Origin: a virus
Lineage: Duplodnaviria; Caudoviricetes
Reading direction: 5' to 3' (one strand)
IMG/VR virus record: IMGVR_UViG_3300032208_000014
Span: 1 to 57,328 of that record
DNA length: 57,328 bases
In this document: one piece after another, positions 1 to 10,122 of the stretch
Layout: every line of letters starts with the position of its first letter
Numbering within the stretch: position 1 is the stretch's first letter
Notes under the pieces: model-generated
What the model saw: the letters and a program-made list of their open reading frames with translations, nothing else
What the model was told of the DNA's origin: nothing
Database searches by the model: none
Position numbers and translations under genes: made by a program

Positions 1-71
1 AATATAAAGTGCCTGTAGGAGTCCCTAGGGGGTCTAAAAAATTTCAATTCTAATTTCGTTTGGAGGTTCAG

Positions 72-542
72 GTGCCGAGGTACAAGGTCATGGAGGAGTG
101 GGATATAGACCCAATGATCGAGTTGGGTGCAGCGATGCACGCGGAGAGTGCCTTTCGTGACTTGGACTATAGTCGTGACAAGTGTTTTCAGTTAGGTGTG
201 CGTTGTATCTCGCACCCTGATCGTTACTTTGGATACTGCGCGTATGAGGGTGACGAGTTGACGGGTATGTTGATTGGTCAGCTGGTGCCTTACTATTTTG
301 GAAATGACCTTCTCGCAAACGACATTCTCTGGTATGTTAGGGAGGACAAGCGTGGTTCGATGATGGGTATTCGTTTGTTGAATGCCTTTAGGGACTGGGC
401 AAAGGAGCGAGGTGCGAGTGAGGTTTGCATTGGCGTTTCGACTGCGTTAGACTTGGATAGGACGCATAAATTGTTGTCACGGATGGGATTTACACATGTT
501 GGTGGCACATTCAAAGAGGCGGTGAAGAATGTTGAAGCTTGA
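72..542 (+). CDS. GNAT family acetyltransferase
   Basis: GNAT-like motif (WYVREDKRGSMMGIRLL...WAKERGA...RMGF). GTG at 72 follows GGAGG, so it is preferred over TTG at 60. Confidence 0.8.
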   Translation: MPRYKVMEEWDIDPMIELGAAMHAESAFRDLDYSRDKCFQLGVRCISHPDRYFGYCAYEGDELTGMLIGQLVPYYFGNDLLANDILWYVREDKRGSMMGIRLLNAFRDWAKERGASEVCIGVSTALDLDRTHKLLSRMGFTHVGGTFKEAVKNVEA

Positions 543-2049
543 TTGGTTGACTCTTGAACCTCGGTTCATTGATCGGAGTGTTTGTTTTTGTACTGGTGGC
601 AGTGATACGAGCGGCGATGAGCCAGACGGCGTAACGTTTACTTCAGGCCCGGGTTACAAACCAGGCGATGGTATTAAGATTAGTTCTGACACGTTGGCTG
701 CAAATTCCACCGATGACACTTATAGAGGGTTTAATACTTCTCCTGCAAGACAAGCTGAGATTTTTGGAACGGGCACTTACAACGATCCGTATGAAACTGG
801 CACGGGGGCTGATCCAAACATTGGATTTGTATCTGGTGTCACGGGCGATGCAGAGTTTACGGGTGCTCCGTCTGTTGCGAGTGCTGCGTTAGCATCATTA
901 GATGATTCTTTCAACTTGTCTCCTGCTGCCTCTCCATCACAGAACCTGACCGCTGAACAAAAGGCTATTGTTGAGACTGCTCTTTCTAGGGGAGAGCAGC
1001 CACCTGACTTTAGTAAGCCAATGACAGTTGCGGAGTTAGCACGCGAAAAAGAACTTGAGGATATTTTCAGTGAAACCAACCTTGACCCAGCAGCAGGTCA
1101 AGAGGAGCAACGCGCAAGAAACGAACAACAAATGGCTGACCGTGCGGTGGCGTTGAACGCAATCAATGACATGCTAGGTATTTCTCGTGCGCAGGATGCA
1201 ACAGCACAGGATGTTCTTGGTGGTGGCATCTCGACTATTACCGGTCCTGTATCTCGTCCGCAGGTGCAGGGTCCGCCTCAAATGCCCGACACGGTATATG
1301 ACTCAGACATGGGGATGGTCGGCTCTGGAACCTCGGCTCCTACTGGAGATTTGTACGGCGGTTATGAGGACGACCCAGCGTATGATGCGGACATTTTTGG
1401 CACACCTCGCTATGCTGGCGGCATTACAGGACTAGACGGCAAGTTGCAGGGCTTTGACATGACAGGTTACACAGGCCGGAGTGACCAGCCTCGTGACCCG
1501 AATGTTTCGAGCATGGGCGATTTTGTGGACACTGCAACAAGAGGCGGGATCCTAGGTAAGGTAACCGATTATGGAATAATCCCGAATGTTGTGTCTCGGC
1601 TCACGGGTCAGACACCTATGGACATGCGCCGCGAGAGTGTCAGAGAGTTCTTTGAAGCGGGTGCGCAGTTTAATCCAGAGTCCGGCAAGATGGAACTGCC
1701 TGCGGGTAAGGGGATGTTGAAGATGAGCGACTCCGGCATGGTTACTTACTCTGGTCAGTCCGATCCAAACTATACGGGCATGTACTCTAACTTGGTTAAT
1801 CCTTCGACAGGTGGAGGCGGAGGCGGCGGTAGCATGACCGATGCGACAGGTGCACCTGTTAATGACCCTTGTCCACCTGGATACAAAATGGTTGATGGTT
1901 CTTGCCAGCCAGACGGCACTAGCACAGATGGTTCACAGGCAGGGGTCGGCAGCACAACCTTCTCGCCTTTCTATACACCGCAGCAGGTTGCTACAATTAA
2001 CCCGTTTGTTCTTCAGCCCTATCCTAATCAAACCATGCCCTTTAGTTAG
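529..2049 (+). CDS. Hypothetical low-complexity acidic G/D/T/P-rich protein, possibly virion-internal
   Basis: 506-aa ORF overlapping the GNAT stop and ending 2 nt before TerL; no recognisable domain. Confidence 0.6.
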   Translation: MLKLDWLTLEPRFIDRSVCFCTGGSDTSGDEPDGVTFTSGPGYKPGDGIKISSDTLAANSTDDTYRGFNTSPARQAEIFGTGTYNDPYETGTGADPNIGFVSGVTGDAEFTGAPSVASAALASLDDSFNLSPAASPSQNLTAEQKAIVETALSRGEQPPDFSKPMTVAELAREKELEDIFSETNLDPAAGQEEQRARNEQQMADRAVALNAINDMLGISRAQDATAQDVLGGGISTITGPVSRPQVQGPPQMPDTVYDSDMGMVGSGTSAPTGDLYGGYEDDPAYDADIFGTPRYAGGITGLDGKLQGFDMTGYTGRSDQPRDPNVSSMGDFVDTATRGGILGKVTDYGIIPNVVSRLTGQTPMDMRRESVREFFEAGAQFNPESGKMELPAGKGMLKMSDSGMVTYSGQSDPNYTGMYSNLVNPSTGGGGGGGSMTDATGAPVNDPCPPGYKMVDGSCQPDGTSTDGSQAGVGSTTFSPFYTPQQVATINPFVLQPYPNQTMPFS

Positions 2050-2051
2050 TC

Positions 2052-3512
2052 ATGAGTCTTGAGACAGTACCAGAGGAAGTAGCACGCGAGATACTTGCTC
2101 TTCAGCAGCAGACGGTAAAGCTGCACATTCGCGAACAAGCGAAAGAAGAGTTCATGCCGTTTGTACACCATGTGTATGACGGCTTTGTTGAGGGAAGACA
2201 CCACCGCGTTATTGCGGAAAAACTGGAACGAGTAGCAAGGGGCGAGTTGAAGAGGCTCATAGTTAATATGCCTCCTCGTCACAGTAAGTCAGAGTTTGCA
2301 TCTTATTTGATGCCTGCTTGGTTCTTGGGTCGCAACTCAAAGCTCAAGATTATTCAAGCAACGCACAACACCGAGCTTGCCGTAAGGTTTGGTCGTAAGG
2401 TTCGTGACTTGTTAGCTACACCAGATTATCGAGTCGTGTTTCCCGATACCAACCTGAAGGCAGACGATAAGGCGGCTGGACGCTGGGGTACGGCAGAAGG
2501 CGGGGAGTATTTCGCGGCAGGGGTGGGCGCGGCGATGACTGGACGCGGTGCGGATTTGTTAATTATTGATGACCCGCACTCGGAACAGGACGCATTGTCG
2601 TCTACAGCATTTGATCATGCTTTTGAGTGGTACTCATCAGGACCACGACAACGTTTGCAGCCAGGTGGTGCGATCATTATTGTTATGACGCGCTGGGGCA
2701 TGAAAGACTTGACAGGTCAGGTTTTGAAGATGCAGGCGCAGGACTCTATGGCTGACCAATGGGAGGTTGTAGAGTTTCCGGCTATTTTGCCAAGTGACAA
2801 GCCTTTGTGGCCTGAGTTCTGGAAAATGGATGATTTGATTAAGGTCAAGGCATCGCTTCCTGTTGGCAAATGGAATGCGCAATGGCAACAAAATCCGACA
2901 GCCGCCGAAGGGGCGATTGTCAAGAAGGAGTGGTGGAATGTCTGGGAAAAGGAAGATATCCCTTCTGTTAAATACATTATTCAATCATACGATACCGCGT
3001 TTAGCAAAAAGGAAACCGCTGACTATTCTGCTATTACCACTTGGGGAGTATTTGAAAACGAAGAGACAGGAGCAGACAATGTTATACTTATGGATGCGCG
3101 AAGAGGTCGCTGGAATTTTCCAGAACTTAAAGGCGTTGCGGCAGAAGAGTATGAATACTGGGAACCAGATATGGTCATCATTGAAGCGAAAGCTTCAGGG
3201 CAACCGCTGACGGACGAGCTGCGTGCGGCGGGTATACCCGTCATGAACTATACACCAAGCAAAGGTCGTGATAAGATAACGCGTATGCACACAGTTGCTC
3301 CGTTGTTTGAGGCGGGTATGGTGTGGGCACCCGAACAGAAGTTCGCAGATGAGGTTATTGAAGAGTGTCTTGCGTTCCCGCATGGGGAGCATGACGACTT
3401 TGTCGATAGCATGACAATGGCACTGATGCGGTTTAGGCAGGGTGGCTTCATCGAACTAGACGGCGAGAACGACAACGAAAATTGGTATCCTAGGAAGAAG
3501 GAGTATTATTGA
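2052..3512 (+). CDS. terL: Terminase large subunit
   Basis: Walker A-like MPPRHSKS, Walker B LLIIDDP, C-terminal RNase H-like nuclease (SYDTA...HDDFVD). Confidence 0.95.
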   Translation: MSLETVPEEVAREILALQQQTVKLHIREQAKEEFMPFVHHVYDGFVEGRHHRVIAEKLERVARGELKRLIVNMPPRHSKSEFASYLMPAWFLGRNSKLKIIQATHNTELAVRFGRKVRDLLATPDYRVVFPDTNLKADDKAAGRWGTAEGGEYFAAGVGAAMTGRGADLLIIDDPHSEQDALSSTAFDHAFEWYSSGPRQRLQPGGAIIIVMTRWGMKDLTGQVLKMQAQDSMADQWEVVEFPAILPSDKPLWPEFWKMDDLIKVKASLPVGKWNAQWQQNPTAAEGAIVKKEWWNVWEKEDIPSVKYIIQSYDTAFSKKETADYSAITTWGVFENEETGADNVILMDARRGRWNFPELKGVAAEEYEYWEPDMVIIEAKASGQPLTDELRAAGIPVMNYTPSKGRDKITRMHTVAPLFEAGMVWAPEQKFADEVIEECLAFPHGEHDDFVDSMTMALMRFRQGGFIELDGENDNENWYPRKKEYY

Positions 3513-3673
3513 TGGCTGACAAGTCAACAAAAAAGAAGCTCAATAAGATTAGTGGGCAACTTAAAAAAGCTTCTAACATGCACGCGGCTCAGTCAAAAAA
3601 GATTGCTACACTCGCTAATTCTTTTAACGGTGGCGGCTTAGTCCGTAAGGGAACATTCAAAGGAACATTCTAA
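3512..3673 (+). CDS. 53-aa basic protein, not in the ORF track
   Basis: Manual translation MADKSTKKKLNKISGQLKKASNMHAAQSKKIATLANSFNGGGLVRKGTFKGTF. TGATG and TAATG overlaps with TerL and portal. Confidence 0.75.
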   Translation: MADKSTKKKLNKISGQLKKASNMHAAQSKKIATLANSFNGGGLVRKGTFKGTF

Positions 3674-6141
3674 TGGTTTTACCTCCACGCCCGATGGGCA
3701 GCTTGACAGACTCTGGTATTGAACCACCAGAGGGAATGGACATCGAAGTGCCGCAGGTAGAAGATTTTGCTGGTGGTGCAGAGGTCATGCAACAGCCTGA
3801 CGGCAGTGCAATGATACAGGCTCTAATGGGCGGCGAGGGAATGGCGGTTGAAGCCGAAGCCTATGACCATAACGCGAACCTAGCCGAAATTATTGATGAT
3901 GCTGTATTGGGTGAAATCTCTAGTGATCTTCGTGCTGCTTATGAAGATGACATGGAGTCAAGAGAAGAGTGGAAAGAAGCATACACAAAAGGTCTTGACC
4001 TTCTAGGTATTCGTTATCAGGAACGCAGTGAGCCATTTCAAGGAGCATCAGGCGTAACTCATCCTCTTATCGCTGAGTCCGTAACACAGTTTCAAGCACA
4101 GTCATACAAGGAACTTCTCCCAGCTGGCGGACCTGTCAAGACACAGGTTATAGGCTCGAAGACCGCCGAGAAAGAAGCACAAGCAAGTCGTGTCAAGAAC
4201 TTCATGAACTATCAGATTACTGAAGTCATGGAAGAATTCGACCCAGATACCGACCAAATGCTTTTCTATCTACCTCTGTCTGGGTCTACCTTTAAGAAAG
4301 TATATTTTGACCCCGCTAAGAATCGAGCGGTATCAGCCTTTGTCCCTGCCGAAGATTTGGTTGTGCCGTACTCCGCAACAGACTTGGCAACAGCCCCACG
4401 AGTGACACATGTTTTGCGCATGGACGACAATCAAGTGCGCAAGATGCAAGTTGCAGGTATCTATAAGGATGTAGAGATAACCGCCACTGACGATGATGAT
4501 GACATTGTTAAGGATAAGGTTGATGAGATTGAGGGTGTAAGTCGTGGATACACCGATGACATACATACAGTTCTTGAGTTTCATGTAGATTTAGACCTAG
4601 AGGGTTTTGAAGACGCAGGACCAGACGGCACGCCAACAGGCATCAAGCTCCCCTACATTGTGACGCTCGACCACGGGTCTGGCGAAATCCTGTCAATCAC
4701 AAGAAACTATGAGCAAGGCGACCAAAGCAAAACTAAGCGTCAATACTTTGTTCATTACAAGTTTTTGCCTGGTCTAGGTTTCTACGGCTTTGGTCTGATC
4801 CACATGATTGGTGGGCTGGGTCGTGCGGCTACAAGTATTCTGCGTCAGTTGATTGATGCTGGTACATTGGCGAACCTGCCATCTGGCTTTAAGGCACGCG
4901 GTATTCGTATTCGTAACGATGATGAGCCTTTGGCACCGGGTGAGTTCCGCGACATTGATGCACCCGGCGGAGACATTCGTAACTCTATCATCCCGCTACC
5001 TTTCAAAGAACCGTCCGGCACACTAGCGTCACTGCTTGGTAGTTTGATTGAAGGTGGACGCAGATTTGTGTCAATCGCAGACCAGCAAATAGGCGACAAC
5101 AAAAGCGGCGACATGCCTGTAGGCACAACAGTTGCGTTGCTTGAGCGTGGCATGAAAGTTATGTCTGCCATTCACAAACGTCTGCACTATGCGCAACGTA
5201 TTGAGTTTCGTTTGTTGGCACAGATTTTGGCACAGAACTTGCCGCCTGTGTATCCATACGAGGTAGCAGGTGCACCGTCCGAAATCAAAGCACAGGATTT
5301 TGATGGACGCGTGGATGTTATTCCAGTATCCGACCCGAACATCTTTTCGATGTCACAGCGTGTTACACTGGCGCAGACACAATTACAGTTGGCGCAGTCA
5401 AATCCACAGATCCATAATCTACACGCTGCGTATAAAAGAATGTATCAAGCCTTGGAAGTGCAGAACATTGATGAAATTCTGCCACCGAAGCCACAGCCAA
5501 AACCCACAGGTCCAAGCATCGAGAACGCGAAAGCGTTGCAGGGTGAAATCATAAATGCGTTTCAAGAACAAAACCATGATGCACACATCATGGCGCATGT
5601 GACATTTATGAAGCTACCAATAGTGCAGACGACTCCAAACATTTATGCTATATTCATGGCTCACCTTCAGGATCACATATCCATGAAGGCGCGGCTTCAG
5701 GTTATGCAACAAGTACAGGCTCAACAGGCTGAAGCACAACAGGCCGCGCTGGCTGCTCAAATGGGAGCAATCGACCCAATGGTTGCTCAACAGGCTATGC
5801 AACAGGCTCAGACGGTAACGCCGGAACAGATAGAGTCCGAAGTGGCTTTGTTGGAGGCACAGTTTACTGAGGAACTAACTCAGATGCTGGCACCCGCACA
5901 AGGTCAACAGGATCCATTAGTTCAAATACGGCAACAAGAACTTGCCATTAAGGCCGCAGAGGCAGAACGCCGTGCACAACAGGATTCAGCGGAACTTGAC
6001 TTAGAACGTCAGAAGCTCCAGCAAAAGGCCATGACTGACGCAGCGCGTATCGAACTCCAAGAGGAGATCGCAGAGGACAGAGCAGACGTTAACAGAGAGC
6101 GCATTCAGACCCAGCGAGAAATGGCGATGAATCGTGGCTAG
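3673..6141 (+). CDS. Portal protein
   Basis: 822 aa after TerL; P22-like portal features (FKKVYFD, GFYGFGLIH) and a Q-rich coiled-coil C-terminus. Confidence 0.9.
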   Translation: MVLPPRPMGSLTDSGIEPPEGMDIEVPQVEDFAGGAEVMQQPDGSAMIQALMGGEGMAVEAEAYDHNANLAEIIDDAVLGEISSDLRAAYEDDMESREEWKEAYTKGLDLLGIRYQERSEPFQGASGVTHPLIAESVTQFQAQSYKELLPAGGPVKTQVIGSKTAEKEAQASRVKNFMNYQITEVMEEFDPDTDQMLFYLPLSGSTFKKVYFDPAKNRAVSAFVPAEDLVVPYSATDLATAPRVTHVLRMDDNQVRKMQVAGIYKDVEITATDDDDDIVKDKVDEIEGVSRGYTDDIHTVLEFHVDLDLEGFEDAGPDGTPTGIKLPYIVTLDHGSGEILSITRNYEQGDQSKTKRQYFVHYKFLPGLGFYGFGLIHMIGGLGRAATSILRQLIDAGTLANLPSGFKARGIRIRNDDEPLAPGEFRDIDAPGGDIRNSIIPLPFKEPSGTLASLLGSLIEGGRRFVSIADQQIGDNKSGDMPVGTTVALLERGMKVMSAIHKRLHYAQRIEFRLLAQILAQNLPPVYPYEVAGAPSEIKAQDFDGRVDVIPVSDPNIFSMSQRVTLAQTQLQLAQSNPQIHNLHAAYKRMYQALEVQNIDEILPPKPQPKPTGPSIENAKALQGEIINAFQEQNHDAHIMAHVTFMKLPIVQTTPNIYAIFMAHLQDHISMKARLQVMQQVQAQQAEAQQAALAAQMGAIDPMVAQQAMQQAQTVTPEQIESEVALLEAQFTEELTQMLAPAQGQQDPLVQIRQQELAIKAAEAERRAQQDSAELDLERQKLQQKAMTDAARIELQEEIAEDRADVNRERIQTQREMAMNRG

Positions 6142-6153
6142 GGAGATTTTAAA

Positions 6154-6600
6154 ATTCTGGCGGAACTCGCGGCTGCAAATGCGGCTTTTACAATTATTAA
6201 GAAGGCTGTTCAAAACACAGGTGACATAGCCAAAGCAGGAAAAGCTATATCAGATTTTGTTATAGCGAAGGAAGAGTTACAACGTAAAGGCAACAAAAAG
6301 AAAAAGACTGGAGTTAGGTCTTCTGATTTGGAAGAGTTTATGGCTCTGGAAAGCATCCGGCAGAAAGAACAACAGTTAAAACAAATTATGATATACACAG
6401 GCAGGCCTGGGCTTTGGCATGATTGGCAAAAGTTTCAAGCAGATGCTAGAAAAGAAAGAAGGGTAAGAGAGGAACTTGCAAAACGCAGAAGAGCTGAAAT
6501 ACTAGATGCTATTGGAATAGGAGCGGTGGTGTTGTTAATATCAGCTATGGTTGCAGGTTTAGTTGCTTGGATTGCGTGGTTGAAGGGGATGTTTGATTAA
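6154..6600 (+). CDS. Coiled-coil protein with C-terminal transmembrane helix, probable ATT start
   Basis: The frame is open upstream of the track ORF (6328) back to the portal stop. AGGGAG lies 8 nt before ATT at 6154; reads (M)LAELAAANAAFTIIKK. Confidence 0.6.
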   Translation: MLAELAAANAAFTIIKKAVQNTGDIAKAGKAISDFVIAKEELQRKGNKKKKTGVRSSDLEEFMALESIRQKEQQLKQIMIYTGRPGLWHDWQKFQADARKERRVREELAKRRRAEILDAIGIGAVVLLISAMVAGLVAWIAWLKGMFD

Positions 6601-6806
6601 TGAGTGCAGAAGACGTAGCAAGAAAGCTATTAGAACTTAAAATACTGCCCAGATTCATGATGTTGTGTATGACAGGCGTGTACATTAGATGCATAGAATG
6701 GGCACTTTCGCAGCCGGATTTAACAACTCAGCAGGCTTCGCTAATTTCAGTGGTCACGGGTGCCATGACAGGCAGTCTGGCAGTTTGGTTAAACTCAGAG
6801 AAGTAA
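6600..6806 (+). CDS. Small two-TM membrane protein (holin-like)
   Basis: 68 aa, two hydrophobic segments, TAATG coupling. Confidence 0.6.
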   Translation: MSAEDVARKLLELKILPRFMMLCMTGVYIRCIEWALSQPDLTTQQASLISVVTGAMTGSLAVWLNSEK

Positions 6807-7202
6807 ATGCCAGCTAAATTAAATGAAAATACTGAAGTAGCTTTGCCGCTTCGGAATATTATCAGCATGGTTGCAGCGGCTAGTTTGGCAACGTGGGCTT
6901 ACTTTGGGTTGATAGAGAGGCTCAATACATTAGAAACCAACCAGACTATGATGCAGGCTGACCTAGAGCAAAACACAGAGTTTCGGATTAAATGGCCTCG
7001 TGGCGAAATGGGCAGTCTACCTGCCGACAGCGAACAGTTTATGCTGATTGAGCATTTAGCAACTGAGTTAGAGAAGTTACAGGTAGAGATAGAAGAAGGC
7101 CGCGCTCCGTATGACCAGCAACAAAAATTGACACTAGAGTTTTACGAAAAACGTATTAGTAATCTTGAAGAAAACTTAGAAAAGATGCGGAACGGTGGTT
7201 GA
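6807..7202 (+). CDS. Membrane-anchored coiled-coil protein
   Basis: N-terminal TM followed by heptad-rich region; directly abuts neighbours. Confidence 0.65.
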   Translation: MPAKLNENTEVALPLRNIISMVAAASLATWAYFGLIERLNTLETNQTMMQADLEQNTEFRIKWPRGEMGSLPADSEQFMLIEHLATELEKLQVEIEEGRAPYDQQQKLTLEFYEKRISNLEENLEKMRNGG

Positions 7203-7404
7203 GTTAACTTTTGTTTTATTGCTGGTTATGGGCGGGGAGAAAGTAGAATACACCCCGTACAAGTCACTTGGTGAGTGCCTTTCTGTGCGCCGCAAGATAA
7301 AACGTAATGTAGGCCACACCAACAATTTTGACCAAAAGTGGTCTTGTAAGGAATTAAAAGTTATGATGTTAAATGGAGAAATCTTAGATTTCATTGAGGA
7401 GTAA
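7195..7404 (+). CDS. Small protein with hydrophobic N-terminus and two Cys
   Basis: 69 aa, YKSLGEC...WSC motif, GTG start overlapping the upstream stop. Confidence 0.6.
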   Translation: MVELTFVLLLVMGGEKVEYTPYKSLGECLSVRRKIKRNVGHTNNFDQKWSCKELKVMMLNGEILDFIEE

Positions 7405-7407
7405 ACT

Positions 7408-7788
7408 ATGTTTCAGGCTCTTATTGGCCCTATCGCATCATTGGCAGGCTCATTTGTTGAGGGGCAGGTATCCAAGCAAAAGGCGAAAGCAACTCTTGCA
7501 CAAACTGAGGCAGAAGCGAAAGCTGAAATAATGAAGACCGCAGCTACCCACGACAGTAAGTGGGAGTTGATTATGGCGGAGTCTACAAAATCCTCAATTA
7601 AAGATGAATTAGTCACGGTGATTATATTGATTCCCGTAATTCTGGTTTTTATTCCCGGCATGGAACAAGTGGTGAAGAATGGCTTTGACCGTTTGAACGA
7701 GTTGCCTGACTGGTATCAATACTTGGTTTTTCTTGTATGCTCTGCGGCACTAGGAATCAAGGGATTGGACAAGTTCCGTAAGAAGTAG
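7408..7788 (+). CDS. Putative holin (3-TM type)
   Basis: Amphipathic N-terminus, KDE then TM, LPDWYQ then TM, basic C-terminus; GAGGAG RBS. Confidence 0.65.
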   Translation: MFQALIGPIASLAGSFVEGQVSKQKAKATLAQTEAEAKAEIMKTAATHDSKWELIMAESTKSSIKDELVTVIILIPVILVFIPGMEQVVKNGFDRLNELPDWYQYLVFLVCSAALGIKGLDKFRKK

Positions 7789-7794
7789 TAATCT

Positions 7795-8196
7795 ATGGCA
7801 AAGGAGACTGTCATGCCAAAGAACAAATATACTGAAAAGCAAATGAAAATTGCTCGTGTAGCAGAACCGCGTGATGAAATCACAGGTGCGGATTTTGAGA
7901 AGCTCAACAATAGTAAAGCTATGGGCGGCATGATAAAGTACGCTGAAGGTGGTGATACACGCCGCGAGATGCTGATGCAATTACGCGAAGACGCTCTAGA
8001 AAAAGGTGACGATGATGCAATTAAAGAGATTGATGCAGAATTGTTTCAGATGGGTGATGATGGCGGTACAAAGAAGCTTCGTTACGGCGGTAAGGTCCAA
8101 GGGTACAAAGATGGTATGTCAGTGTCAGTAAACCCATCCAAAGGTCGTGGTTGTGGTATAGCTGTATCAGGCAAGAGCTTTAGCGGAACCTACTGA
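7795..8196 (+). CDS. Hypothetical protein with repeated xxGG motifs
   Basis: AMGGMI, YAEGG, LRYGGKV; ends RGCGIAVSGKSFSGTY. Confidence 0.65.
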   Translation: MAKETVMPKNKYTEKQMKIARVAEPRDEITGADFEKLNNSKAMGGMIKYAEGGDTRREMLMQLREDALEKGDDDAIKEIDAELFQMGDDGGTKKLRYGGKVQGYKDGMSVSVNPSKGRGCGIAVSGKSFSGTY

Positions 8197-8558
8197 TGAC
8201 GATTAACATCTCCATAAGCATTTTGCCTGATGGGGCGATACCTGTAGATGTAATGGGCGGCGAAAACAACAACTGTCCATTAGCTACGCAGGATGAAGAA
8301 CTTAACGCTGAAAATCGTCAGATAGCGGTTGAAGAAGCGGACTATCGCGAAGCACTTCGCGCAGAATATGTATGTGGAAATTGTTCCGCGTACAACCAAA
8401 CCGATGAAATTAAGAAATGCATCGGTGACGATACAGGCAACACTGGATATTGTCAGATTTGGAAGTTTGTGTGCGAGAGCAAGAACGTGTGTGATAATTG
8501 GGCAGAAGGCGGTCCTATCACCAGTGAAAAACAACCTTCCTACAAAGACAATATGTAA
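8196..8558 (+). CDS. Cys-rich putative metal-binding protein
   Basis: CGNC...GYC...C...C..W pattern; coupled start and stop. Confidence 0.65.
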   Translation: MTINISISILPDGAIPVDVMGGENNNCPLATQDEELNAENRQIAVEEADYREALRAEYVCGNCSAYNQTDEIKKCIGDDTGNTGYCQIWKFVCESKNVCDNWAEGGPITSEKQPSYKDNM

Positions 8559-8770
8559 TGGATGTTGCAGACTTTTCAAAACATGTTTATAACTTACTAG
8601 CAAGACGCGAAGAGCAAATCGCGGAGATGCTAACATCTGGTGGTGTTCAAAACTTTGAGCAGTACCAGCGGCTTGTAGGCGAGGTACAGGGTCTTGTCTA
8701 CGCTAAAGAAGAGATTAAATCCCTGCTGGAGAAACACATAGACGATGCCGAAGACTTTATACGTTCCTGA
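8558..8770 (+). CDS. Small phage protein upstream of GroES-like gene
   Basis: 70 aa with EQYQRLVGEVQGL helix; TAATG coupling. Confidence 0.7.
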   Translation: MDVADFSKHVYNLLARREEQIAEMLTSGGVQNFEQYQRLVGEVQGLVYAKEEIKSLLEKHIDDAEDFIRS

Positions 8771-9206
8771 TCACATCGCGCAGGCAAAAGACAAACCCTC
8801 AGTTGAAACCGCTTATGTTGAGCAGACAGACAGGGTTCTTGACCCAAGTTTAATCGACAAATCTTTGACAGAACGCTTGCCGCAACCAACAGGTTGGCGG
8901 CTTCTTGTTATGCCTTATGCAGGTAAGGCTAAGACAGACGGCGGTATTTACATCCCAGATCAAGCACGAGAGCGGGAAGCATTAGCTACCGTTGTTGCGT
9001 ATGTTCTGAAACTAGGTCCATTGGCTTATCAAGATCCAAATAAGTTTGGAGACAATCCAGAGCCGTGGTGCGAAGAAGGCCAGTGGGTCTGCATAGGCAG
9101 GTATGCTGGGTCTAGATTTAAGATTGATGGCGGTGAAGTTCGCATTATTAATGATGATGAAGTTATCGCAACAATTCTTGAACCTGATGATGTAAAACAT
9201 GTCTGA
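8745..9206 (+). CDS. GroES-like co-chaperonin
   Basis: PTGWRLLV, KTDGGIYIPD, GRYAG, RIINDDEVIA match Cpn10 motifs. Confidence 0.85.
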   Translation: MPKTLYVPDHIAQAKDKPSVETAYVEQTDRVLDPSLIDKSLTERLPQPTGWRLLVMPYAGKAKTDGGIYIPDQAREREALATVVAYVLKLGPLAYQDPNKFGDNPEPWCEEGQWVCIGRYAGSRFKIDGGEVRIINDDEVIATILEPDDVKHV

Positions 9207-10119
9207 GGAGTTAAAAATGGCAGAGGCCGAAACGCAAGTTCAGGAGGACGAAAATGTTGAAGTTACTCTTGATCAGTCTAATGAACCTGATGAAAAGAAT
9301 ACTGAAGAAGTTACTGTTTCGTCTGAAGATACGAGCAGCGATAGTCCAGCTTCATCTGATGATGAGTTGGACAACTACAGTAAGGGTGTTCAAAAACGTA
9401 TTAAAAAGCTGACCGAAAAAGTTCGCTTTGCAGAACGAGACAAAGAAGAAGCGACTCGTCTTGCTAAGACCATTAAGGAAGAAAACGAAGAACTAAAGTC
9501 TCGCCTGACAAGTTTAGATACTGGATATTTAAACGAATACGGCACTCGACTTGAAAGTCAGCTTTCACAGGCTAAAGCCGCATATCGAGATGCTCATGAA
9601 CGTGGCGATGTGGATTCTATGTTTGACGCGCAACAGGCATTGTCTAAAATCTCTATAGAACAGGAGAGATACAGACTTGCAAAACAGCGACAAGAACAAC
9701 AACCCGCCGCGCCAGCCGCAGAAACAACACATAGTCAGGTTCAACCCAGTGCTGCACCGCAGGCGACAGCTCCAGACCCAAAGGCGGAAAAGTGGGCGGA
9801 AAAAAATGAATGGTTTGGTGATGACGAGATTATGACGCAGGCCGCGTTTGTCATTCACAACAATCTTCGCTCTGAAGGGTTTGACGGAACCGAAGATGAG
9901 TATTATACTCAACTTGATACTCGTCTAAAGGAACGCTTTCCTAAAGAGCTTGGATCAAAAGAAAACGAGGGAAGTCCGAGGGTCGCCTCCGCTTCAACTT
10001 CCGCATCTCGCAGTACAAAACAGGGGCGCAGGACCGTCAAGTTGTCACCGTCACAGGTGGCTATTGCTAAAAAACTTGGTGTTCCTTTAGAAGAATACGC
10101 TAAGTATGTAAAGGACTAG
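9199..10119 (+). CDS. Capsid scaffolding protein
   Basis: Acidic N-terminus, long coiled coil, C-terminal IAKKLGVPLEEYAK; lies upstream of the capsid genes. Confidence 0.7.
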   Translation: MSEELKMAEAETQVQEDENVEVTLDQSNEPDEKNTEEVTVSSEDTSSDSPASSDDELDNYSKGVQKRIKKLTEKVRFAERDKEEATRLAKTIKEENEELKSRLTSLDTGYLNEYGTRLESQLSQAKAAYRDAHERGDVDSMFDAQQALSKISIEQERYRLAKQRQEQQPAAPAAETTHSQVQPSAAPQATAPDPKAEKWAEKNEWFGDDEIMTQAAFVIHNNLRSEGFDGTEDEYYTQLDTRLKERFPKELGSKENEGSPRVASASTSASRSTKQGRRTVKLSPSQVAIAKKLGVPLEEYAKYVKD

Positions 10120-10122
10120 ACC

